A DNA stretch of 64,000 nt. Origin: Patescibacteria group bacterium. Its GTDB lineage: Bacteria > Patescibacteriota > Patescibacteriia > Patescibacteriales > UBA12465. The stretch covers positions 73,531 to 137,530 of the forward strand of contig JBAYIC010000001.1 in assembly GCA_041665845.1 (NCBI GenBank), read 5' to 3'. This document shows positions 36,083-45,980 of the stretch, one piece after another. Position 1 is the first letter of the stretch. Each line of letters opens with the position of its first letter. Position numbers and translations under genes: made by a program. The notes under the pieces were generated by a model. It made no database searches. It saw nothing but the letters and a program-made list of their open reading frames with translations, and was not told the DNA's origin.

Positions 36083-37855
36083 ATGTCTATCCTTTTACAA
36101 GTAAACAATTTGAGTAAAGAATATAGCGGCCAAAAAATTTTTTCTGACCTCTCTTTTGTTATTTCCGAAAAACAAAAAATAGGCGTGATCGGAAAAAATG
36201 GTGCCGGTAAGTCCACACTATTTCGCATTCTAACCGGCGAAGAAAGTACTGATAGCGGCGAAATAATAATTCACGAAGATACTAGTATTGGATACCTAAA
36301 ACAAAATAACGATTGGGAAGAAGACGAAAGTGCTCTTGGTTATTTAGTTCGTCAAAGTGGCCGTCCAGAGTGGAGAGCGCAACAAGTCGCTAGTAAATTT
36401 GAACTCGACGCTAATAAACTAAAACAAAATGCTAGCAGTCTTTCCGGTGGTTGGCGGATGCGTTTGCGCCTAACCGGGATGCTTCTAAAAGAACCCAATC
36501 TATTTTTACTTGACGAACCAAGTAATTATTTAGATTTAAATACTTTAATCTTACTAGAAAATTATCTCAGCGCTTATCGGGGAAGTTTTTTAATTATTTC
36601 TCATGACCGTGAATTTCTCAAGCGCACTTGCCAAGAAACTATAGAAATTTCTAAAACTGGTTGTTATCATTACCCAGGAAATATTGAAGCCTATCTCGCT
36701 TTTAAAGAGCAAAAACTAAGCACTCTTATTAAAGCTAATGAAAGCTTAGAAAGACAACAACAACATTGGCAAGAATTTGTCGATCGTTTTCGTTATAAAG
36801 CTTCTAAAGCAAAACAAGCTCAAGCCGTCGTGCGCAAAATAAGTAAATTAGAAGAAAAAAGAATCACTATTGAGCATGAAGCCGGAATAAATAGAATAAC
36901 TATCCCCGCGGTTCCTAAAAAAAATAACTTTGCTTTAAAAATAAATAATTTAGATATTGGGTACGAGAATAACGTCGTAGTTGCGGGTATAGATTTCGAT
37001 TGTCGCTCGGGAGAAAAATTAGCGATTCTTGGCCTAAATGGCCAAGGTAAAACTACTTTAATTAAAACTATAACCGGCCGCATTCCCGCACTTGGCGGAT
37101 CATTTCGCTTCGCCGCTAATACCCATCTAGTCTATCATGGGCAAGAAGAAATGGATGCTATGAACGAGCAAGAACAAGCCGGTGATTTCATCCGCCGCGT
37201 TGCTTCATCGGATTTAAAAACTGAAGCTGTCTTAAAAATGGCCGGAGACTTCCTATTTCGAGAAGAAGAACTCAAAAAGCCGATTTCTGTTTTATCAGGC
37301 GGCGAGAGATCTCGCCTTCTTTTAGCGGGGCTATTACTTTCTAAACCGGATATCTTAGTTTTAGATGAACCGACTTGTCATCTTGATTTTGAAACTACCG
37401 AGGCGTTAGCAATTGCTTTACAGAAATTTTCCGGAACTGTATTTTTTGCAAGTCATGATAGAACATTTTCTAGCTTGGTAGCAACCGGAATCGTGGAAAT
37501 AAAAAATGGCCAAGCTAAGCGTTGCCATGAAGAATATAATGAATATGTCACTAAATTAGAAAAACAATTATGGAAAAAAGCGGAAGAGGAAGAAAAATCT
37601 GCTCCATCTGAAAATAAATCGCTTGATAGAGAGCACTACTTAGAAAATAAAGCGAGACAAAAAAAGATCTTATCTCTTGAGAGAGAATTAGAAAAAATGC
37701 AGACTTACAAGCAGGAACTAATGGAATATTTTTTAGAACATTACAGCGACTACAAATCAGAAAAAGTTCAAGAGTTAGAAGATATTAAAAGATTAATCGA
37801 AGATAAAGAGGAAAGATGGCTAGCTTTAAGCGAAGAGAATAATGTTAAATCCTAA
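36083..37855 (+). CDS. ABC-F family ATPase (two ABC domains, no TMD)
   Basis: ORF track starts at ATG 36068; the ATG at 36083 (MSILLQVNNLSKEY) fits ABC-F N-termini. Walker A GKNGAGKST and GLNGQGKTT, signatures LSGGWRMRL and LSGGERSRL, and a C-terminal coiled-coil extension. Confidence 0.9.
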   Translation: MSILLQVNNLSKEYSGQKIFSDLSFVISEKQKIGVIGKNGAGKSTLFRILTGEESTDSGEIIIHEDTSIGYLKQNNDWEEDESALGYLVRQSGRPEWRAQQVASKFELDANKLKQNASSLSGGWRMRLRLTGMLLKEPNLFLLDEPSNYLDLNTLILLENYLSAYRGSFLIISHDREFLKRTCQETIEISKTGCYHYPGNIEAYLAFKEQKLSTLIKANESLERQQQHWQEFVDRFRYKASKAKQAQAVVRKISKLEEKRITIEHEAGINRITIPAVPKKNNFALKINNLDIGYENNVVVAGIDFDCRSGEKLAILGLNGQGKTTLIKTITGRIPALGGSFRFAANTHLVYHGQEEMDAMNEQEQAGDFIRRVASSDLKTEAVLKMAGDFLFREEELKKPISVLSGGERSRLLLAGLLLSKPDILVLDEPTCHLDFETTEALAIALQKFSGTVFFASHDRTFSSLVATGIVEIKNGQAKRCHEEYNEYVTKLEKQLWKKAEEEEKSAPSENKSLDREHYLENKARQKKILSLERELEKMQTYKQELMEYFLEHYSDYKSEKVQELEDIKRLIEDKEERWLALSEENNVKS

Positions 37856-38520
37856 TTGCTAAAAGGATTGAAGTTAGTCTTATAATCATAGAAATCTTCA
37901 GCTTCTCTTTTCTTCAGAAAACCAACAATTCTATAAGTAAGCGGTGTAAATAAAATCTCAATTAAAGTTTTAAAAATATAATTAGAAACAACCAGGGTGA
38001 TAAGTAAAGAATTCGGCAAAACTCCAGCAAAAGCAATTATCACAAAAATTAAGCTATCAATAAACTCTCCGACTATTGTCGAACTGATAGTTCTAGTCCA
38101 AAGATATTTTCCCTTGGTGATTATTTTCATCTTCGCGAGAATAAATGAATTAATAAATTCACCACAGAAATAAGCAGCTAGGCTTGCTAAAATGATTCTC
38201 GGCGCTGAACCTAAAATTATATTATAAGCGTCTTGGTTATCCCAGCCAGGAGCCGACGGTAATTTACCGACCAACATTAAAACTAAAGCCATAATTAAGG
38301 CTGAGAAAAAACCCAACCAAATTACTTGCTTTGATTTTTTATAACCATATACTTCAGTTAAAATATCACCAAAGATATAACTCATCGGGAAAAGCAGTGT
38401 TCCCCCATCGAAAGTAAACCATTTTAAATCAACTATCTTGGTTGAAGCGATATTAGAAATAAGTAAAACTGAAACGAAAAATACGCTGATAACGCTAAAA
38501 TACTTATAGGATTTTTCCAT
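37852..38520 (-). CDS. YhhQ/DUF165 (queuosine-precursor transporter) family membrane protein
   Basis: 222 aa; FPMSYIFGDILTEVYGY and SSTIVGEFIDSLIF are motifs typical of the YhhQ family. The stop codon overlaps the convergent ABC-F stop by 4 nt. Confidence 0.7.
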   Translation of the reverse strand: MEKSYKYFSVISVFFVSVLLISNIASTKIVDLKWFTFDGGTLLFPMSYIFGDILTEVYGYKKSKQVIWLGFFSALIMALVLMLVGKLPSAPGWDNQDAYNIILGSAPRIILASLAAYFCGEFINSFILAKMKIITKGKYLWTRTISSTIVGEFIDSLIFVIIAFAGVLPNSLLITLVVSNYIFKTLIEILFTPLTYRIVGFLKKREAEDFYDYKTNFNPFSN

Positions 38521-38547
38521 ATAATTTAATTGCTAGCGAACAGGGTT

Positions 38548-39849
38548 CTAATAAATCAGACTTCCCTGTTTTTTGTAAGATTTTTGTTTAATATTTAATT
38601 TTGCTTGTTCGGAGAGAAGTAAAAGTTCTTTATCATAAGAAAATATTTGAGGATCAAGCTTATAGGCCATATCATTAATACCTAAAAGATATAGACCTTC
38701 TAAACTTGTTAAACGTGATAAAGCAACATAACCCATACCATAGCCGAAAGAGCGGCTTAAATCAATCTCAGCGCTATCTAGAGTCATGCCTTGACTCTTA
38801 TGAACGGTAATTGCCCAAGCTAAACGAAGCGGAAGCTGAGTAATCTTAGCGAGGACTCTATTATCGTCATCGATAGTCCAGCTATCCGGTATCGCTAAAA
38901 TATTTTCACCCGAATTCAAACGGACAATCGGAAAATTGTTGTCATCAAAATCAACCACCACCCCTGTACTCCCATTTACGTAAACCGTTTTATCATCTTT
39001 AAATTTATTTTTTACAAACATAACCAGCGCCCCTTTCTTTAAAATCAAATCGGTCGGCGCTAAACAATTTTTCTTTAAAGATTCAACTAATTTTTTTTCA
39101 CCATCGCTCGTCATGCAATAAGTAAATTCTGGCGCATCGATTTTTTGAAGTTCAGAATTATTAATAGCATCAACATCGGCGTTATGAGTAAATAGGCGAA
39201 CTGGTTTCGCTCCTGTTTTGATTTTCTGGTTCATTCTTCCCTTTAATAATTCGATTATATCAGAACCAACATTATCATCTCTTAAACTTTTTAAAACTCG
39301 AGTTATTTTTTTATCGTTTTGGCGATGTTGTTCATCTAAATAGCAAACTCTTAAATCCATTTCCGACCAAACATTAGCTTTATAAACAAATTCTGCCTCT
39401 TCTGACCCTGATGATATCGGTGGGAGTTGAAAAAAATCACCGGACATAATAATTTGAATCCCACCAAATGGTAAAAGATTTTTCTTAAACGCCTGACAGA
39501 CACTATCAATGATATCTAAGCGATGAGCATGAAGCATTGAAATTTCATCAATCACTAAAACTTCGGTTTTCTCAAATTGTTTTTTTAAATATGGTTTTTT
39601 AGTAAGCGCCTTAATCTCGCTCGAGCTTAAATGATCTTTGATTCCAATTCCCGCCCAAGAATGAATAGTGCGTCCTCCGATATGCGTCGCGGCGATACCG
39701 GTTGAGGCAGTAATGGCAACGCCGATATTTTTCTTTTTTAAATAAGCGATATACTGATTCAATAAAAAAGTCTTCCCGCTTCCCGCCGGTCCGGTTAAAA
39801 GAACGTTATGCCCCGCTTCTAAAATTGCTAAAGCTTCTTTTTGTTTCAT
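38548..39849 (-). CDS. PIF1/RecD-like SF1B DNA helicase
   Basis: ORF track starts at TTG 39888, inside the purL terminator; the ATG at 39849 gives MKQKEALAIL. Walker A LLTGPAGSGKTFLL, Walker B VLVIDEISML, and the late motif ITVHKSQGMTLD. Confidence 0.8.
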   Translation of the reverse strand: MKQKEALAILEAGHNVLLTGPAGSGKTFLLNQYIAYLKKKNIGVAITASTGIAATHIGGRTIHSWAGIGIKDHLSSSEIKALTKKPYLKKQFEKTEVLVIDEISMLHAHRLDIIDSVCQAFKKNLLPFGGIQIIMSGDFFQLPPISSGSEEAEFVYKANVWSEMDLRVCYLDEQHRQNDKKITRVLKSLRDDNVGSDIIELLKGRMNQKIKTGAKPVRLFTHNADVDAINNSELQKIDAPEFTYCMTSDGEKKLVESLKKNCLAPTDLILKKGALVMFVKNKFKDDKTVYVNGSTGVVVDFDDNNFPIVRLNSGENILAIPDSWTIDDDNRVLAKITQLPLRLAWAITVHKSQGMTLDSAEIDLSRSFGYGMGYVALSRLTSLEGLYLLGINDMAYKLDPQIFSYDKELLLLSEQAKLNIKQKSYKKQGSLIY

Positions 39850-39885
39850 AGTCTTAACAGTATAGTATGAAAACTGCTTTATAAG

Positions 39886-39922
39886 CAAAAAAATCCCCGC
39901 CTGTCGTTAAACAAACGGGGAT
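39886..39922 (-). terminator. intrinsic terminator after purL
   Basis: On the minus strand: ATCCCCG-16 nt loop-CGGGGAT followed by TTTTTTTG. Confidence 0.7.
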
Positions 39923-39942
39923 AAAATAGTGTGGTACAAATT

Positions 39943-42900
39943 TTATTTTTTCTTCATGCACCATTCAAAGGCATTTTGGGTCATCATCATCCAGGGGGCA
40001 GCTCGTAATTCTTGCTTCCACTTTTCCGGCATATAAGCCCATTGCCATTTTAAGAATGTACGCTCCGGATGAGGCATCATCGCTAAATGACGACCAGTTT
40101 CATCACAAATCCCAGTAATACCATCGGCTGAACCGTTGGAGTTAAAGGGGTATTTTTCGGTGATAGAACCAGTATCATCAACAAAACGAATTGGAGCTAA
40201 GTTTTTTTCTTTAATCAGCGATAACATCGATTCATCGCAATGAAGCAAACCTTCTCCGTGTGCCGACCAAATACCCAAAGTAGAACCGGCCATACCTTTA
40301 AGCATCATGGCATTGCTAGGTAAAATGGTAACTGTCGGAAAACGTGATTCAAACCGGCCAGATTTGTTTTTAATAAATCTTGCTTTTCTGATATCAGGCG
40401 TTCCTTTAACCGGAATCCAACCTAGAAGAGCGGCTAATTGGCAACCGTTGCAAACACTGAGTGAGAATGTATCAGGACGGGCATAGAAATCATCAAACAT
40501 TTGTTGAACTTTTTCGTTGAACAAAATAATTGCCGCCCAACCTTTAGCTGCATCAAAGACATCAGCGTTAGCAAATCCGCCAACGAAAACAACTCCTCTA
40601 AATTTCAACAAATTAACTTTTCCATTTAGCAAATCATGCATATGAATATCTGTTACCTTAAAACCAGCTAATTCAAAATAGGAATTCATCTCCCGGTCAC
40701 CGTTTGAGCCTTTTGTCCGGATGATCGCTACTTTTGGCTTGTCTTCACTATTCATAGTTAAAATAGCAAGTGAAGTCAGCTCCGGAACGAAACTCAAGCG
40801 ATAAGGAGGTTGATGGATATTCTTGATATTTAACTTTTCTTCTTCAACACATTTAGGATTACACTGCAATTTTTCTAATTCATAGCTTGTTGATTCCCAA
40901 ATTTGTCTTAAATCAATCATATCCTTATCAAGAATCACTTTCTTGCTTTGATTATTCTTTCGACCAAAAATCGTCACCTGCCTATCAACAATCGTATTCC
41001 CAATAATCTGGTAAGGAACCTCGTAGAAATTTAATAAGGCAACAATGCCTTCTTCATTTTCTGGTAAGTATTCCATCAGCCAACCGGCTTCTTCAGCAAA
41101 CATTTTGCTAAGATAAGAATTGGTTCCGCAATTAATCGTTCCTCTAAAACCAGAGTCTCCAGAGAAAAGCATTTCCAGTAAACTAACGATTAAACCACCG
41201 TCGCTTATATCATGCAAAGATAGGGCTAAATCCCGCTCAACAAAATTCTGAATAAGATTGAAAGCGTCTAAAAATAATACGTCATCATTCATATCCGGAC
41301 ATTTGTTGCCTAATTGCTCGTATACTTGAGCTAAAGCGGAACCGCCTAAACGGCATTTTCCACCAGCTAAATCGATATGCAAAATTTTGCTTTCTCCGGG
41401 ACGTTTAATATCTGGATTAACAACTTTAGTAATATCGGGCATCGAGCAATAAGCAGAAATCACAAGTTCCATCGGCGATTTTACGAGTTCAGTTTCTCCA
41501 TTAGGATGTTTGACTTTGGTAGCCATAGATAAGCTATCTTTACCGCCATCAACTGCAATCCCAAGCTTGATCATTAAATCGCGCATCGAGGCGGCGGCGC
41601 GATACATTCTCGCACCCTCACCTGGAAGCTTAGGAGCTCCCATCCAATTAGCAGAACATTTAACATCCTTAATATTGCTTATCCTGGCACTTGCGATATT
41701 AGTTAAAGCTTCAATAACCGCCATTCTAGCTCCCGCCATTTCGTTAACCAACATTTTACCGGGTTGTTCGCCAATGGATATGGCCGCGCCTGAATATAAA
41801 CCATGATTATTGGAAAAATGACTCTGGGAAATAACCGCAACATCAGCAACTGCTAATTGTGGATAACCGCAACATTGCTGTTGTTTGACTAAACCGGTAA
41901 CACTCCGATCTTTTTTGTTAACCAAAAATCTTTTTGAACCAACCGAAAGTAATCTTAACACTCGATTTAAAGCTTCAAAAACGGTTAATTCTTTTGGCAA
42001 ATTTAAAGGTTTAAGTCCTAAAGGAATTGTTTCGGATGTAAAAGTTTTTTGCGGTAAATTGCCTAAAACTTTTTGCAGTTCCATTTGAACTGGAGTGGTA
42101 TTATCTTTACTATCAACAACTGTAAAAATACCATCACCGGTCACTTCACCTAAAACCTCACAGTTTACCCCTTCTCGGTCACAAATTGCTTGGAATAATT
42201 CTAAGTGTTCCGGTCTAATAAGTAGACCCATACGCTCTTGATATTCGCAAACCCATAACTCAAGAACGGACATGGTTGGATCGCTGGAATTTATCTTCCG
42301 AATATAAATCTTCCCACCAGCTTTTTCAACTAATTCTTTGAGGACATTGGCGGGGCCACCGGCTCCTTGGTCATGAATACTCACAATGGGGTTGAAATCG
42401 CCCATCTCGATACAAGCGCGAATAACCCTATCCATGTTTTTCTCCACTTCAGGGTCACCACGCTGAACAGCGTTAAAATCAACCGATTCCTTGTTCTCTC
42501 CCTGCATTTTAGAAGATGCCGCTCCACCACCAAAACCAACACGACAAGCCGGACCGCCGATTTGAATAATCAGCATTCCCTTTTCTGCATTTTGTTTTTC
42601 CAGATGACGCGCATCTATTTGGCCTACACCACCGGTGAATAAAATTGGTTTTAACCATTCATAACGGATACCGTTAGGTAAATAATACGCTCCAGAACGA
42701 GTAAAACCTTGAATAACCGGTTCGCCAAATTCATTTCCATAACGGCTCGTTCCGTCAGAACCAAAGATGATTATGTCTTGGGCATAAGCTAAGTTGCTCG
42801 GATAAACGGAAGGCTTTTCCCAAGGCAAAAAATATCCAGGAAGATTCAAGTTGCCAACTGCATACCCAGTTGTTCCAGCAACTACCAAGCCGCCACATCC

Positions 42901-43776
42901 AGTTGCTTCATCATCGCGAATTCGTCCGCCAGTTCCAGTTTGTGCACCAGGAAATGGTGAAACAAAGGTAGGGAAATTATGAGTTTCCGCTGTAAACAAA
43001 AAGTGATATTCAACTAATTGTTCGGTGAATTCAGATGCTTGTCCCGGTTTATCAGGAATGAGTGTCCAAATATCATAACCGATAATAACACTTGAGTTAT
43101 CTCTGAAAGCAACTAAGCTATTAGACGGATTAGCCTTTAGAGTTGACTGGACAATGTCCATCAGCGTCTCCGGCATCTCTACTCCATCAATAACTTGTTT
43201 ACCCTTCCAGTAACCGTGCCGACAGTGTTCGCTGTTAGCATTCATAAGATCTATAATCTCGACAATCGTCGGATTACGTTTCAGTTCAACAACAAAATAA
43301 TCATAATATAACTGCTTGTCATATTCATCCATCGACAAGCCTTCAATTTCATTAAAAGCGGCTAAACCTTTTTCGATGAGTTGGACTTCATAAACTTCCG
43401 CCGGTTCTTGGCCGGTTGAAAAAGTTTTTATAGGCTCCGGATAAATACATTCTCTCATCCGATCAAAAGGAACTTTCGCCCCGACAATACGTCTCGATAC
43501 CTCAAGGCGAGTAATTTTTTCCCCAAAGCCGCAACTGTTCAGGATTGATAAAGCATTGGAGTTAAAAGGAGTTGCGACACCAAGTCTTGGGCCAATTTCA
43601 ATAGCCTCGGGTAAAGAAGTTTTAGTAGATAAACGCCAAGCTTCAAAAGTCTCGGCTAAAAGCCATTTAAGAATCTTAAGCTCTTTTTCACTCAACATCT
43701 TATTTACTTCGATGTTGTAACATAACTCGACCCCCTGTTCTCCGGGTCGGTAAAAATGCATAACCGTTTTCTTCAT
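39943..43776 (-). CDS. purL: phosphoribosylformylglycinamidine (FGAM) synthase, large single-chain form
   Basis: 1277 aa. N-terminal PurS-like segment, duplicated AIR-synthase-like domains, and a C-terminal glutaminase with SVCNGCQLAA (nucleophile Cys) and MMPHPER. Confidence 0.92.
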   Translation of the reverse strand: MKKTVMHFYRPGEQGVELCYNIEVNKMLSEKELKILKWLLAETFEAWRLSTKTSLPEAIEIGPRLGVATPFNSNALSILNSCGFGEKITRLEVSRRIVGAKVPFDRMRECIYPEPIKTFSTGQEPAEVYEVQLIEKGLAAFNEIEGLSMDEYDKQLYYDYFVVELKRNPTIVEIIDLMNANSEHCRHGYWKGKQVIDGVEMPETLMDIVQSTLKANPSNSLVAFRDNSSVIIGYDIWTLIPDKPGQASEFTEQLVEYHFLFTAETHNFPTFVSPFPGAQTGTGGRIRDDEATGCGGLVVAGTTGYAVGNLNLPGYFLPWEKPSVYPSNLAYAQDIIIFGSDGTSRYGNEFGEPVIQGFTRSGAYYLPNGIRYEWLKPILFTGGVGQIDARHLEKQNAEKGMLIIQIGGPACRVGFGGGAASSKMQGENKESVDFNAVQRGDPEVEKNMDRVIRACIEMGDFNPIVSIHDQGAGGPANVLKELVEKAGGKIYIRKINSSDPTMSVLELWVCEYQERMGLLIRPEHLELFQAICDREGVNCEVLGEVTGDGIFTVVDSKDNTTPVQMELQKVLGNLPQKTFTSETIPLGLKPLNLPKELTVFEALNRVLRLLSVGSKRFLVNKKDRSVTGLVKQQQCCGYPQLAVADVAVISQSHFSNNHGLYSGAAISIGEQPGKMLVNEMAGARMAVIEALTNIASARISNIKDVKCSANWMGAPKLPGEGARMYRAAASMRDLMIKLGIAVDGGKDSLSMATKVKHPNGETELVKSPMELVISAYCSMPDITKVVNPDIKRPGESKILHIDLAGGKCRLGGSALAQVYEQLGNKCPDMNDDVLFLDAFNLIQNFVERDLALSLHDISDGGLIVSLLEMLFSGDSGFRGTINCGTNSYLSKMFAEEAGWLMEYLPENEEGIVALLNFYEVPYQIIGNTIVDRQVTIFGRKNNQSKKVILDKDMIDLRQIWESTSYELEKLQCNPKCVEEEKLNIKNIHQPPYRLSFVPELTSLAILTMNSEDKPKVAIIRTKGSNGDREMNSYFELAGFKVTDIHMHDLLNGKVNLLKFRGVVFVGGFANADVFDAAKGWAAIILFNEKVQQMFDDFYARPDTFSLSVCNGCQLAALLGWIPVKGTPDIRKARFIKNKSGRFESRFPTVTILPSNAMMLKGMAGSTLGIWSAHGEGLLHCDESMLSLIKEKNLAPIRFVDDTGSITEKYPFNSNGSADGITGICDETGRHLAMMPHPERTFLKWQWAYMPEKWKQELRAAPWMMMTQNAFEWCMKKK

Positions 43777-43935
43777 GATTCCGTGTTTTAAGATTAGTGA
43801 TTAATATTAATAATTGTTAAAGAAATTTCAAATAATAACCTAATTAAATAAAATTAGGCATCATCACAAATTACCCCAAAAGACTAAAGAAGTCAAATGA
43901 GGCGATAAAAAGATAATAAAGAAATAATAAAGAGT

Positions 43936-44742
43936 TTATTCTTGAAGTTTAAAATTAATATTAGCAGAAAATGTTTCTCCTGGCCTAATTATCTTCGGGC
44001 TATTTAGTAAGCCATCTACATCTCTCATTATCGGTTCTATGCAAATAAAGTCTTTTCCCGGTTGAGACCAAATCCAGATTTTTTTGTATTCAATCGAAGC
44101 GTCTATAACAAGCGTTCCCAGCTCGGGAATTTTGATTTTCAAAACTGCTTTCGGATTTCTTAATTTGGGATTATCTAAATACAAAGTTCCACCGCTTATC
44201 CAAACTTCTCTATTATTTTCCGCTTCTTCTCCTCCCGCAAAATCGAAGTTAATATTATTTTTTTCACTGTTTGGAACTTTGAAATAAGGATGAAAGCCCA
44301 TTGAAATTGGTAAGGACGCAATCTCTTCCTTATTTTCTATATTACAGCCTAAGGTGAAGGAATTATCTTCTTCAAACCTTCCTAACAAAGAAAAATTAAA
44401 ATCATAAGGATATAGTTTCCTTGTTTCCTTGTTAGATATTAATGATTCTTTTAATTCATTGCCCACACTCTCATCTTGCCAAACTAAATTTCTCGCGAAG
44501 CCATGCTGTTTTAAATCAGGAAATTCCGAATTTTCTTTTAATGCTCCGGCGTTAGGGAAAAGAATGGGGATGCCGCCTCTAACATTTTTCTCTGAATCTA
44601 AAAAAGTTTCTTCATCAAAATATAAAATCTCTTGACCATTTAATTTTAATGAAGTAATAATTCCTCCTCGCTGCGCACAGTAAGAAAAAGAGTTTTTGTT
44701 TAACCCATTAATAGTTTTAATTTCTAAAATTTTATTTTTGAT
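43936..44742 (-). CDS. aldose 1-epimerase (galactose mutarotase-like) family protein; start codon unresolved
   Basis: ORF track calls only 43936..44466 (GTG). The same frame is open up to 44769 and encodes the expected N-terminal half (...KNKILEIKTINGLNKNSFSY..GGIITSLKLNGQEILYFD..RGGIPILFPNAG..QHGFARN..W). The downstream part contains the GFHPYF motif. There is no in-frame ATG/GTG/TTG upstream of 44466. The end coordinate 44742 assumes an ATC start and is a guess. Confidence 0.6.
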   Translation of the reverse strand: MKNKILEIKTINGLNKNSFSYCAQRGGIITSLKLNGQEILYFDEETFLDSEKNVRGGIPILFPNAGALKENSEFPDLKQHGFARNLVWQDESVGNELKESLISNKETRKLYPYDFNFSLLGRFEEDNSFTLGCNIENKEEIASLPISMGFHPYFKVPNSEKNNINFDFAGGEEAENNREVWISGGTLYLDNPKLRNPKAVLKIKIPELGTLVIDASIEYKKIWIWSQPGKDFICIEPIMRDVDGLLNSPKIIRPGETFSANINFKLQE

Positions 44743-44755
44743 ATTATTATAGTAA

Positions 44756-45880
44756 TTATTTTTGTTTCGTTAATATTTTCCTTAGAAGTTTTGAATATTC
44801 AAATTCACCTGAAATTAAATCAAAACACAAATTAACATACTTTTTACCTTCACCTATCTTTTTTAAAAAATAAGGGTGCAAAGTTCTATAAAAAAATATT
44901 CTTTTAAAAATGTCGGCAATTACAAATTCTCTGTAAAAATTTTTATAAAAATATTTTTCGTAATTTTCTTTTGTATTATTACCCAAGATACAACGTGCTA
45001 CTGCTAAGCCGCTAAAAACGGCGTAATGAATTCCTTCTCCGGTAATCGGATCAACCAATCCAGCCGCATCGCCAATTAACAAAACATTATCTTTAACCGG
45101 TTTACGAAGCAAATTATGCATCGGGACGGGAAAGCCTTTAATTTCGCTTTTATATTTATCAGCCTTAGCACCTAAAACTAATGTTAAAAAATCAGCAAAA
45201 AGTTTCCCCATATCTGCTTCATTCTTGCCGATTATTCCACCAATGCCTATCGAGGCTTTATTTTTTTTAGGAAACACCCAAGCATAACCACAATTAATAA
45301 AGCCAAAATATAATTGCGGGAATATACCATCTTTTAAACAAACGATATCTTGATAATCAGCTTCGATTTCTAAGGCCAAAGTTTTTTTCGCCCTAACTTT
45401 ATTACTTACAAATTTTCTCACGACGCTATTAGCGCCATCTGCCCCAATAATAAATTCCGATTCAAGAGTTAAACCTGAGGCTAAAAATACTTTTTTATTT
45501 TCTACCTTTACCACTCGATCTTGTTTATATGCGCAACCAGCTGATAGCGCTTTATTAAAAAGATAAGCATCGAACTCTATTCTATTAACAAAATACAAAT
45601 TTCTCGTAGCCGAGATACATTCATTTAATCTAGACCCGTCCTTTTTATAAATTTCGTAACAATTATTCTTACTATCAATTATTTTTTCTAGTTCTAAATC
45701 ACCATAAACTTCATTTAATATCTTAATACATTTTTCGGTAATCATGCCGCCGCATAATTTTTCTCGCGGAAATACTTCCTTATCAATAATTAGAACTCTT
45801 TTCCCTGATTTGGCTAACGCAAAACCAGCCGTTGCTCCGGCTGGTCCTCCGCCAATAATAATTATGTCGTAGCTATCCAT
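44756..45880 (-). CDS. geranylgeranyl reductase-family FAD-dependent oxidoreductase
   Basis: The ORF track (to 45982) runs through a tRNA; the ATG at 45880 gives MDSYDIIIIGGGPAGATAG. Also GADGANSVVRK and LIGDAAGLVDPITGEGI. Confidence 0.8.
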   Translation of the reverse strand: MDSYDIIIIGGGPAGATAGFALAKSGKRVLIIDKEVFPREKLCGGMITEKCIKILNEVYGDLELEKIIDSKNNCYEIYKKDGSRLNECISATRNLYFVNRIEFDAYLFNKALSAGCAYKQDRVVKVENKKVFLASGLTLESEFIIGADGANSVVRKFVSNKVRAKKTLALEIEADYQDIVCLKDGIFPQLYFGFINCGYAWVFPKKNKASIGIGGIIGKNEADMGKLFADFLTLVLGAKADKYKSEIKGFPVPMHNLLRKPVKDNVLLIGDAAGLVDPITGEGIHYAVFSGLAVARCILGNNTKENYEKYFYKNFYREFVIADIFKRIFFYRTLHPYFLKKIGEGKKYVNLCFDLISGEFEYSKLLRKILTKQK

Positions 45881-45909
45881 ATAAACGAATTTACAAGGAT
45901 GTTTTAATG

Positions 45910-45980
45910 CACGGGATGAGGGAATCGAACCCCCGCCAGCGGTTTTGGAGACCGTTATACTACCACTATACGAATCCCGC
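45910..45980 (-). tRNA. tRNA-Trp (anticodon CCA)
   Basis: Hand-folded cloverleaf: acceptor GCGGGAT/ATCCCGT (one G-U pair), anticodon arm ACGGT-CTCCAAA-ACCGC, T arm GGGGG-TTCGATT-CCCTC, discriminator G. CCA is not encoded. The D stem is weak (2 Watson-Crick and 2 wobble pairs). Confidence 0.8.

Noticed and set aside
37852-37855. 4-nt overlap of convergent stop codons (ABC-F and YhhQ-like) with no terminator between them
   Set aside because: This is consistent with the extreme compaction seen throughout the window. Nothing suggests a regulatory role.
39850-39888. TTG-initiated extension of the PIF1-like helicase ORF
   Set aside because: The TTG lies within the U-run of the purL terminator. 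The ATG at 39849 is preceded by promoter-like sequence and gives a sensible N-terminus.
30018-43776. Elevated G+C of the pur genes as evidence for horizontal transfer
   Set aside because: Hand-counted lines in purC, purM and purL give roughly 38-50% G+C, but a line in gyrB (57301) gives 27/60 as well. Conserved enzyme genes are generally GC-richer here, so the signal is not discriminating without proper statistics.
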